Assembly: GCA_032718475.1 (NCBI GenBank)
Contig: JAUCBJ010006823.1
Location: 1-48,425, forward strand
Direction: 5' to 3'
Length of the DNA: 48,425 bases
Source: Nemertoderma westbladi
Taxonomy: Eukaryota > Animalia > Xenacoelomorpha
Positions 1-11,200 of the stretch are shown here, in pieces. How positions within the stretch are numbered: position 1 is the first letter of the stretch; each line of letters starts with the position of its first letter. The notes beneath the pieces were generated by a model. It made no database searches and was not told the origin of the DNA. It worked only from the letters and a program-made list of their open reading frames with translations. A program made the position numbers and the translations under genes.

Positions 1-55
1 CTAAACAATCGTAAGTTCCTTTTCCGATCTTCCGCCGAATAGCGTCTAACACGTT

Positions 56-1162
56 TCATACAACGCTCTCCTCAACTTCGGTGACGGGTTGTATCGGGGT
101 TAAACCGGGATGATTGTACGGGTTGAACGGCGATATTAGATGCCCGCGACCCAATCCGGCTAGGTAGGATGGGCGAATATCTAGCGAGCCCACTACCGTA
201 GTGCCACCGATTAATTGTTCGGGTAACACAAGATCTTTGAATAGTGAGTACAGTTCAGGGGGATCCGTTATACTATTAGGATCAAGCTTTTGAGGTCTCA
301 CTAAGGAATGAGGAGGTCTGACCGAGTATTCCGGAACTCTGATCATGGGTTTATTTAAGGATCGTTTGAGTCGAGCGAGCGTAGGTGATACGTCGAACAA
401 GTTTCGCTCGAAACTCCCATAAGTATAACGAGTAAAACTGTGTTTAGTGCAACGCCTCCGCGGAAGTTTATGTCTTTCCGTTTGCTGGTTGGGTCTAGGG
501 CATTCATCGCAGTAATACCAAAGACGCACGTCCTGCAGGGGAAACGCGGGTGATCGTTCTCCAGTTTTACAATATTCCTCCATCTGTTCGAAGCTATCTG
601 GGACGACAGGTAGCGGCCGATCGGCGGTAAGATACATCATAGTGAAATAGAGCCGTTTGAGTTCTGATGTATACCTTGAGGATATCGAGTTTCTAGATTC
701 TGTTGACTGGCAATATTGAGATATGTTTCTCTCAAGAATTCCAGATAATCGTTGAAGTCGCTGCATTTATCTGGCTCTTCAACGTCTTCTCTTTCGAGTC
801 GGTTTCGAATAGAATTCTCGTGTTCGATTCTCGGTTTATCGTTCCGACTCCACTGGGTATGATATTTAAATAAAACCATTTCCCTTTCGGTGTCTACATC
901 GTCCGTATTGTGTAAATCGATAGGATGGCCAGTAGTTAAGAAGTCCATATACGTACCATTACGATGCGTGTAGAGAGCAGTGAATTTTCTATAGTCCAAT
1001 TCACTTGAATTGCTCCTGGGACATTGGCGGTTCGATATAACGACCATCGTCCTCCGTAGTAGTTGGACTAGCGTCGCCGCGTATTGAGCTATCAACAAAC
1101 GCTTGTAACGGTAGAGTATATCGCTCCCTGATACCAAGATAATCTTCTATCAACTCAGTCAT
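56..1162 (-). pseudogene. ORF2 of copy A, frameshifted; unknown protein
   Basis: ATG at 1162 (MTELIEDYLGIRERY) matches the ATG at 6657 in copy B. A 2-nt deletion near 1005 shifts into the 637..1137 frame, and a second shift would join the 56..766 frame (CDEC...H...CTKH). Confidence 0.65.
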
Positions 1163-2873
1163 AGCTGCTATATGAGTTTATCAATATTATAGTTGGTTAT
1201 AATTAGGCTAGCGGGCGTCGCTGCCTACCCCTCACGGCCCCCGGACAGCGCAAGATCCTCAGCGCCGATGTACCGTTTTCGCTGTGTTTTTCGCCAACGT
1301 AGTAGCTACACAACGACAACGATAACCAGCGCGAGTCACTCCACTGTCCGTCCCAAGGGCTTAGATTTACTTCAGGTTCTTACTGCAGAGGTAGGGCTAC
1401 TTTCACAACTGTGACTAGCTACTGTAAACACACTTTAGTAGTATCATTCACCTATAAACGCACAAATTCCACACAACTGTCACAAATTGTACTCATTCAG
1501 GCCATTTGTCCGTTAGTCAAGTGCCTTCCAGAATGCCACGTTATTATTATGTATCCTTAGATACTAGCAGTGTGCTATTTATTCCTTATGCTATTCAATG
1601 GGGCAAGCTTTCTATTGTTCTTTTAACTCGCTTCTAATTCTAGCGTGGTTGTTGCTATGGTGACATTATGGAAAGCTAGCAATAGAATTAGGGTAATTCT
1701 CATGCATACAGATCTGGGATGCTATTTAATAGTAATTGCTTAATTGTCAATATCCCCCTTTATACATGATTTTATGAATTTTATCGGCTATTGACTATAC
1801 ATTGGAGATTCTCGCACACTAATACACTTAATAGGGTGAATCTCCGCTCCCATGATCTATTAATTAATGGAATTTTGGGAATGTTATAAATTGTATAAAA
1901 ATGACAATTTATCAAATTCATTAAAAGAGATGAATTTAAATTTATTCCCGTAAATTTTATTATTTAATGTTGGAATAAGCACAATTTTATTCCAGAGCAT
2001 GTCTGGGGACTGTGATCCTTGATTCTAGGAAATTTGTCCTTTTAAGAGTATCAGTAAGTGCTACGATATCTTAATCGACTAGAATTTTAAAGGATCTAAA
2101 ATTTAACAGATTTTAATTTATAGATTTTCTAGAGTTAACTTGTAAGTATTTACTCTATTGTATTTGTTTGACAGATTTTATAAATATTAATAGTTAATAT
2201 TTAAGATGGGCACCGGTTTATTCCAGAACTTGTCTGGGGACGTTAACCACTGATTCTAGAATTTTGTCTTTCAAGTATATCGGTGGGTGCCGCGATATCT
2301 TAATCCACTAGAATTGCAGATGGTCAAAGGGTTCAACAGATTTATTTTGCGTTTTACGCTACTGTTAAAGGGACATCATGCTACTATATGTATTATTTAA
2401 TATACGGTATGAGAGCAATATTGCAAGAAGCAATGTCAGTGAGAAGAGGCAAGTCATTTCCAAGGTCTACCCAGAGCTTGGTTTAGCCGAGACACGAGGA
2501 TCTGAACTTTGCATTCCTAATACTCTACTTACCAATAATACTTGAGTATAGTAGGAGCTTTATTGTACTTTAATAAGTACAGATATTTCATCTTACTGTA
2601 GTCACGTATTTATAATATGATACGGACAGTAAGGAAAGAGAAAAAGAATTATTTCTCGCCGTTGCACTAAGTATAATATAATATAAGTAATTAAGTAATA
2701 AACGCGAATATATATGGCACTAATTCTACTAAATAATCGCTAAAATAACATTCTACTAAATAAAAATTAAATAAAACGATTATTATAAAATTACATAATA
2801 ATACATACCTAAATATAAAAATAATAAAAAATGAATATAAAATAATGTAGTCGCACACCCACTCCAGACGCCG

Positions 2874-3872
2874 TTACGTTGGGGAGTCCCTAGATGTTTG
2901 TTGGATTAGGGAGGTGGTCGTGGGAAGAGTATCTTGCCTTCCATAGTTTCCGGATAGTTCTCTGTCTCTTTCCAGTAAACATAAACGACCAACTGAGTGA
3001 TTGGGTTGTTGTGTTTCGAATACAATTCCAGGTTTCTTCTTCGTCCTGGAATAGTGACGATAGAAATATCGCTTCAAATACACGACAGCCTTACAAAGCC
3101 GATTCCAGGAGCTATAGTGATTTATCGCTCTCTGCAGGAGAGGTGAGAATCCCTGCGAGACGTCTGGTGTTCCAGATTTCCAGTCTTTTTCTCTGATTTC
3201 CACAACAGATTTAATTGTGGCGGGGGAGTTTAGATCTACAGCGTCGTCCCTGGAAATGTGTAGTACAGACAGATCTATCACGGGTTTGAATAACTTTGAT
3301 TTACTCGTCCGGGTTTTAGGTTTGACTTTCTCCGCTCCCTTGGCTTGTCTAATCTCAGCCGTGGTAAGATGGGGAGGCCATTCATCTTCTTCTTTACTTA
3401 GGAAGTCGGGTCCACCTAACCAGTCCGGAGTATCTATCAGTTCTTGAGGGGTTGCTCCTCTGGAAGCGATATCGGCTGGATTAATCGTCCCAGGGCAATG
3501 TCTCCATTGATCTACATTAGAGTTAATATCGTCATTATCTGAGGAGTATGGTATTCCCTCAGTTGTGGTCTCTCCCTCACTGATTTCTTCTTCCCATTCA
3601 CTCACCTGATGGACTTGGTCGTTAGGTAGCCTTTCCATGAGTGTCCTATGGGAAGGTCCAGTGAAGTACCAACCTACTCTTGTTCTTACCGCATATGTTT
3701 GTAATGGTTGCAGTCGAGCAGGCCGTTTTTCTAATGTCTCTAGCGCTTCATGCGCATTTTGGCCGATGAGTATCTGTACCCCTGGGTAGTCGGTGTTGAA
3801 TCTAGGGATGTCATGTGCTGTGTAAAATCGTCTTCATCCCAGTTGTAAGGTTCCATTTGGCTGGTAGCAAAG
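2874..3872 (-). pseudogene. C-terminal remnant of Gag-protease/deleted-Pol ORF of copy A
   Basis: ORF 2874..3638 plus upstream protease tail, with a frameshift near 3810. Contains the RNase H end motif NPADIASRG, the YSSW linker and an integrase C-terminal-like GRLCLL. No RT or rve core. Confidence 0.85.
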
Positions 3873-5131
3873 TGTACGCGCTTTTGAAGACCTTTAGCAG
3901 TTTAACCTGCCAAAATTTATATGTCTTTTGGTTTATAAATAGACTTTAGAAGATGACAAATATTTAATACCAATAAACACAACATTAGCAGAAGCCAGCC
4001 TAGTGCGCGTCCATTCACCCGCTGGATATTCCCGGGAGACTGGATTCTGAGGGCTTAGATTATTATTGCAGTGTAAGCTTACTGTACTGTATTATTCGAT
4101 TGATCGTTAATAATTAATTTCTGACTAATATTATTCACTTTCGGGAAATATTAACAGTTCCTTTAGGACGTGGCGCTCTATCTAAGTAAACAGAGATATG
4201 ACTTATACTAATCACAACGGTAAGTCGGTAAGGCTTATGATTCACGTATGAGGCGCATTCTTTAGGAAATGCTTAGTTATCAGTCACAATCATGCACACT
4301 ACCGGTAACACACAATACTGCTCACTAATTTGCCGACCGTCAATGAATTTTATCATATATAAAGAGAACAGCAACGGATTCATGTAGTGCTTATCAAATA
4401 GCATTAAATTCACTACAAACCACAATAATATAAGTCGCAATCGCTATATATAACCCGTCTCTCTAACCTGTAGTGTATCAAGAAAATTGGGAAATTTGGG
4501 TTCTTTATAAATGTTCTCCAAATAATATTCAACCAAACAACAGCAAACTATTAAGACGGTAGGTTAAGATATGATATGACAATGTACTGATATGGACCGA
4601 TATGTGAGTTGTTATGAACCGATAACAGTTATACGCTCTATAATCTTAAGCCTACTAATGTTTCTTCTAAAGTCTGAAACGAATTGACTCTAGAGCCGTT
4701 GTTCCTGGCCTAGATAGCAATAACACAAAGTATCAAGTAAAAACAGTAAGACTGAACACTCTCCTTATGATCGGCCGAAAAGCTACACGTCGACAGGAAA
4801 AATCGCTCTGATTGGCTCAAGCCAAACAAAGAACCATGCGTCCAATGGCTGTTTCCATGTCAGCAACCAGCTGTTAGATGTCGTAATATGAATCATCACG
4901 GCTAAGCTGTGAAAGGTATTTGGTGCATTGCAGGTTTTTTGCCTTACCATGTCCGCTAAAACACGTATATAGCAGAATGACTTTTATGTCCGTTAAAACA
5001 CCTGTAACGGTACCTTGCGGGCGAGGGGAATATATATACAGTTAGAGAACCTTTTTAGAGTATTCCAGCGCCTGGGGGGAAACTGGATTGCGAAGCAAAG
5101 GGGCCAGTTATATCCCACAGAAGCTTTTACA
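3873..5131 (-). repeat. 3' LTR of copy B (1259 bp)
   Basis: On the minus strand it begins TGTAAAAGC and ends GCGCGTACA. Repeat of 14701-15959. Confidence 0.95.
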
Positions 5132-5139
5132 CCGCTCCC
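5132..5139 (-). promoter_or_regulatory. Polypurine tract of copy B
   Basis: GGGAGCGG immediately 5' of the 3' LTR start on the minus strand. Confidence 0.7.
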
Positions 5140-5157
5140 AGAAAATGGGATTTGAGT

Positions 5158-6657
5158 CTATAAAATATACAAAATCACAGTTTCTAATATACGTAAATAC
5201 TCTAAACAGTTAGTCTTTCTTGCGCGGACGGCGTTTACGCAGTTTTTAAAGCTAGCCAGAGTCCTTTTCTCTTTGGGGCGAGCCACTTTACAAGGAGGGC
5301 CACAACTCCCGGGTGAAGGGTGCAATATGATTGCATCAGAGGGTGTAGGATTATGGTCGGTGTATCCGCCAGTCGAAGTACCGGGTTGATTGACATCAAC
5401 GTCAGGGGAGAGGGGTCTAACGGCTTTGAGAGCTCGTTTCAAGACAGCCGCTCTTACGGGTCCTTTACAAGTGGTCTGAACGAGGGCCGTGGGTGGACCA
5501 TAGGCAGTTAGAAACCTCTGGGGTTTAATGGTCCTTTCCAACTCGCGTTCGCGGGCTCGGTATTCGTAAGGCCGTCGATATACTTCCTGTAACTCAGAGT
5601 GTGAGTTAACAAACAATTCTCCATAGTCCGGATCCTGACGGATATGATTGATTAAGTTATAGGAATGAAGGTCGCTAGGATTAACACTCCTGAGAAATTT
5701 GCGTACGAATTTGGTTGAAATACATTCTCCGACGCGCTTCAGTAGCTCGTAACTTGATATGCGTGATTTCTGTTCAACCGAAGCGAATAGATAAGGATGT
5801 AACGCATAAACTCCTTCGTAAGCGCGTCCGGGATAATAGCGATGGCGCAAATCACAATGTAAATCAGTGTTCGCTTCCCAAGCTCTGATGTAACGTAGTG
5901 TGATCATTTCATCTACGCTTTCCAAATCGTGATTAAAAGGGCAATCGAAACTGGCATGTCCCTTTAGTTGACAATGGTGACATTGAGTCATAAATTGAGG
6001 GCAAACCGCAAAAATGTGCAAATTATTAAATCTGCAATACGCGCAATAAATTTCCATCGTCGGTTGTTCTTGGAAATAGGAACAGTGGACGTTTGTGTCC
6101 ATGGGCGTATCATGGTCTCTCGATGCGCATAACCGACAACGTTGTCTAGAAACATAGTTGGCATGGCAATAATCGTACGCAGTGAGACACTGTGGACCTT
6201 GATACCATTCTAGGATGTAATCGTTGTCGCTGTTCCGAGCGCGATAGGCTGAATCTCCTCAGATTCTAGGCATATTGGTTCGTCTTCCCAGTCTGTTACG
6301 AATAGAATTTTCGTGATCTATTCTCGGTTTATCGTTACGACGCCGCTGGGTATGATATTTAAATATAACCATTTCCCTTTCGGTGTCTACATCGTCCGTA
6401 TCATGTAAATCGATAGGATGGCCGGTAATTAGGAAGTCCATATACGTACTATTACGATGCGTATAGCGAGAGGTGAATTTTCGCTAGTCCAATTCACGCG
6501 TAAGTTGCTCTTGGGACATCGGCGGTTCGATATAACGACCATCGTCCTCCGTAATGGTTGGATCGGTTTCACCGCGTATCAAGCTATCCACAAATGCTGG
6601 CAAAGGTAGAGTATATCGCTCCCTGATACCAAGATCATCTTCTATCAACTCCGTCAT
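5158..6657 (-). pseudogene. ORF2 of copy B: about 499-codon zinc-knuckle protein with two in-frame stops; the 314-aa 3' part (5158..6102) is open
   Basis: One frame from ATG 6657 to stop 5158, interrupted by TAG 6484-6486 (TAT/Tyr in copy A) and TGA 6259-6261. Motifs CRLCASRDH...C, CAYCRFNNLHIFAVC, CHHCQLKGHASFDC. Confidence 0.75.
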
Positions 6658-8286
6658 ACCTGCTATCTGAGTTTATTAATATCGAAATGAGTTTATGTTT
6701 AGGCGAGCGGACGTCGCTGCCTACTTCTCTTTGCCCCCGGACAGTGGGATTCTCAGCGCCGATGTACCGTCGTCGCGGTGTTTACGCCAACATGTAGCAA
6801 CATCACGACAACGATAACCGGCACAAGTCACTCCACTGTCCGTCCCAAAGGCTTGAATCCACTTTAGGTTCTTTCTATAGGAGAGTTGGGCTACTTTCAC
6901 AATTGCGACTAGCTACTGTAAACACACCTTAGCAGTAACATTCACCTACAAACGCACAAATTCCACACAACTGTCACCAATTGTACACATACAGGCCATT
7001 GGTCCGTTAGTCAGTGCCTTCCAGAATGTCACGTTATTACTGTATATCCTTGGATACTAACAGTGAGCTATGTATTCTCTATGCTATGCAATGTGACAAG
7101 CTTTCTATTGTTCTCTTAACTTGCTTCTAATTCTAGCGTGGGTGTTGCTATGGTGACATTATAGAAAGCTAGCGGTAGAATTAGAGTAATTCTCATGCAT
7201 ACAGATCTGGGATGCTATTTAATAATAATTCTTTAATTGTCAATATCCTCTTTATACATGATTTTATTAATTTTATCGGCTATTGACTATATGTTGGAGA
7301 TTCTCGCACTCTAATACACTCAATAGGATGAATCTCCGCTCCCATGATCTATTAATTAATGGAATTTTGGGAATGTTATAAATTGCATAAAACGACAATT
7401 TATGAAATTCATTTAAAATATGAATTTAAATTTATTCCCATGAATTTTATTATTTGATGTTAAAATTGACACAATTTGATTCCAGAGCAGGTCTGGGGAC
7501 ATAGGATCCTTAATTCTATGAAATTTGTCTTTTAAGAGTATCGGTAAGTGCTACGATATCTTAATCGACTAGAATTGTTAACGGATCTGAATTTTACAGA
7601 TTTTAATAAATATTAAATTAATATTTAAGATGGGCACCGATTTATTCCAGAACTTGTCTGGGGACGTTAACCACTGATTCTAGAATTTGTCTTTCAAGTA
7701 TATCGGTGGGTGCCGCGATATCTTAATCGACTAGAATTACAGATGGTCAAAAGTTTAACAGATTTATTTGCGTTTTACGCTACTGTTATAGGGACATCAC
7801 GCTACTATATGTATTATTTAATATAAGGTAGAAGAGCAATATCGCACGAAGCAATGTCAGTGTGAAGAGGCAAGTCGTTTCCAAGGTCTACCCAGAGCTT
7901 GGTTTAGCCGAGACACGAGGATCTGAACTTTGCATTCCTAATACTCTGCCTACCAATAATACTTGAATATAGTAGTGGCTTTATTGTACTTTAATAAGTA
8001 CGGACGTTTCATCTTACTGTAGTCACGTATTTATAATATGATACGGACAGTAAGGAAAGAGAAAAATAATTATTTCTCGCCGTCGCACTAAATATATATT
8101 ATAAGTAATTACGTACGTAATAAACACTAATATATTGCACTAATCTACTAAATAATCACTAAAATAACATTCTACTAAATAAAATTAAAGAAAACGATTA
8201 TAATAAAATTACATAATAATACATACATAAATATAAAATAAAAACAAATATAAAATGATATAGTCACACGCCCACTCCATATGTTA

Positions 8287-11200
8287 TTACGTTATGGAGT
8301 CCCTAGATATTTGTCGGATTAGGGAAGTGGTCGTAGGAAGAGTATCTTGCCTTCCATAGTTTCCGGACAGTTTTCGGTCTCTTTCCAGTAAACATAAACG
8401 ACCAGCTGGGCGATTGAGTTGTTGTATTATTTTCTCCGCTCCCTTGGCCTGTCTAATCTCCGCCGGGGTAAGATGAGGAGGCCATTCTTCTTCTTCTTTA
8501 CTTAAGAAGTCGGATCCACCTAACCAGCCTGGAGTATCTATCAGTTCTTGAGGAGTTGCTCCTCTGGAAGCGATGTCGGCTGGATTAATCGTCCCAAGGC
8601 AATGTCTCCATTGATCTACATTGGAGTTAATATCGTCATTATCTGAGGAGTATGGTGTTCCCTCAGTTGGGTCGTCCACCTCACTACTCTCCACTTCCCA
8701 TTCCTTTACTTGGTATACCTGTTGTTGAGGTAATCTCTCTTTGAGAGTTCTACGGGAAGGGCCAGTGAAGTACCAACCTACTCTAGTTCTTACCGCATAG
8801 GTTTGTAGTGGCTGCGGTTGAGCAGGCCGTTTCTCCAATGTCTCGAGCGCCTCATGCGCGTTTTGGCCGATGAGTATTTGCACTCCAGGATAATCTGTCT
8901 GGAATCGAGGTATCTTAAGATGTTGGATGTTCTCATCCTCGTCCCAATTATAAAGGTCTGCTTGGGTAGTAGCGAAGTTCTTTATAGCCACCATTTTTAC
9001 TGACCTTATACTTTGTGCTCCTAATTTATCCTGGGGGGTGGACAACGCACCTACATAGTAGTCTGCCGTTAGGGTAGATTTCCAAACCTGCATAATTCCT
9101 GACATATTCAATTTAGTCCGGAATTTGGGTTGTCCAGCAAAAATATCTTCGGCTAGTTCTTGATCGATGAATGTTCCTGTGCTGCCGGAGTCAAGGAGGG
9201 CGTTCACTATGTAACTTTTGTTAGGACCATGAACTCTTACCTGCACTACAGGAAATTCTCTGATTCCTATGTTGAAAGTTGGAGCTTTCCAAGATGGTTG
9301 TTTGGCAAAAGTAGTTGGGGGAAACTCATTGTTGGTGTCCTTTTCATAAGTAAGTGCTCGATACACTGAGGTATTTATTAGGTAACAGGATTCGTTGGCG
9401 TCGGAGAATTCGTCAGTATAGAATCCTTCCATCTCAGACTCTTGATCAGTGTCATTTACATCACTGAATTGGACATGTAGTTCGGGCTCACTTACCTGAC
9501 TCGGGTTGTCTCGTTCGAACTCACTGTGTAACAAGATGTGATGTTTCGCGCCACACTTTGCACACTTTACGTCGGAGTAACAGGTTCGCCGTTGGTGTCC
9601 TGATCTGAGGCAATTATAGCATAACCGCTTATTCCACAGGACTGTACGTCTGTCTACAGGGGATTTCTTTAGAAATTCAGCACACGCACTCAAACGGTGG
9701 GGCCCGTCGCACAGCGCACATTTTGGTTTGATGTCACTCACCTTACCTTGGGTAACGTTATGCACTCTCGTTCTTTCTTCGGGCTTTCTTCCGTGAATTC
9801 TCTTAGGGGACGTAGGAGGAGTTGTTGTTACCTGTTCTCTCCTGTCACTGATTCGAGACTTGTATTTACTTACGTCTTTATAGGTCTTGTTGTCATAGTA
9901 AGATTTTGCTGTGTCTTTCCCGCTGTCCTCTTCTTGAGAAGCTTGGCTTTCGCCGTCGTCAGTGTAACACACCGGTGTTACTCTTCTCCTAGAAGCAGGT
10001 TTCTCACTTACCTTATTTTCCGATGTTTTCTCTCTGGACTGCTTGATGAGTTGTAGTTTTACTTCACCATCTAAGAAGGACATGAGATCAGTCATGGTAG
10101 GGCTTCGTCGTTGTTGTTCATTCATGTACAACACTTTCTTGTCCCAACGTGTACATACTCCACCCTTGGGTAAAGTAGAGACTACTGCTCCAATAACCAT
10201 GGAACTCTGATATTCATGAGACTTACCTAACCAGTCCAATTGTCTACAGATTTCCTGAATTTCATCGGAAAACTCTATAATCCCGCTACTAAGGAAGTGT
10301 CGGGGGGCTACTAATTTTGCATACAAATACTTAGCTATGTTATCTTTGTTACCATACCTGATGTTTAATGTATCCCAAACTTGTCTTAATCCATCTGGAT
10401 GTCCAATAAACTTTAACGCCATTAACCTGGGAGGTCCTTCCAAGCATTTGATGAGGAACCTAAGTTTCTCTCCGTTAGATAGTACAGAGTTTTGTATGCT
10501 ATCTTTGTAATATTCATTGAAAGGTAGCCATTTCATCTCATCTCCATTGAATTTAACGATCTCTCCCACTTTGACCGCTTGGCGGGCTTCTGTTCTAGCC
10601 ATCTGACGCGTAAAGCTTTCTTGGGCCATCGTGTTATTTAATATCGAATTATCGGCATATAAATTTCTCGGATCATTATAAGGTCTATAGGAAACATCAT
10701 TAACAACAGGTCTATAATCACCCTTAATAGGTTTTGCTATAGGGGTTTCTACTTCACTAGCAGTATAGATGCGTGTAGGCTCCACACCTTGCGCATGTAA
10801 TACTTCAGACCTAACAGGTTGACACAATGTTACAGGGGGTATGGGTATACCCTTTGGTATGTTGACTAATTTGTCGCGTTCTAGCGCGATACTTTGCTGC
10901 ACTTCTTGCAATTCGGCCCTACCTTCCCTTACTGTTCCCTTAAATTGGTGGACAGTCTCCTGCATCTGTCCGAGCAGGAGATTCATCCCCCGCCGTCCCT
11001 CCTCTACCCACTCAACCGCCGAAGCGGGAGTCGCCAACATTGTAGCGGGCTGACGCGGGATGACGGGAGACAAATCTTTGATTTCTCTCTCGGCGTCCAG
11101 GACTGGGAGGTTCTCATGGACTGTTCTACCGGGTACAGGCAGTGTAGTACTGTGTAGAGGGAATTTAGAGTTAAGCTCTGGAAGTACAGGGGTCTCTAGC

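Larger units (their letters stand above)
1..3872 (-). mobile_element. BEL/Pao LTR retrotransposon copy A, 3' internal portion (end of protease to ORF2); cut at its 5' side by the LTR of copy B, 3' LTR outside window
   Basis: Collinear homology with copy B from about 797-3872 vs 6290-8980. BEL-type motifs AVRTRVGWYFTGP, WRHCPGTINPADIASRG, YSSWNRLCKAVVYLKRY. Confidence 0.9.

Noticed and set aside
5158-6102. env gene call for ORF2
   Set aside because: No evident signal peptide, fusion peptide or transmembrane anchor; zinc-knuckle motifs instead.
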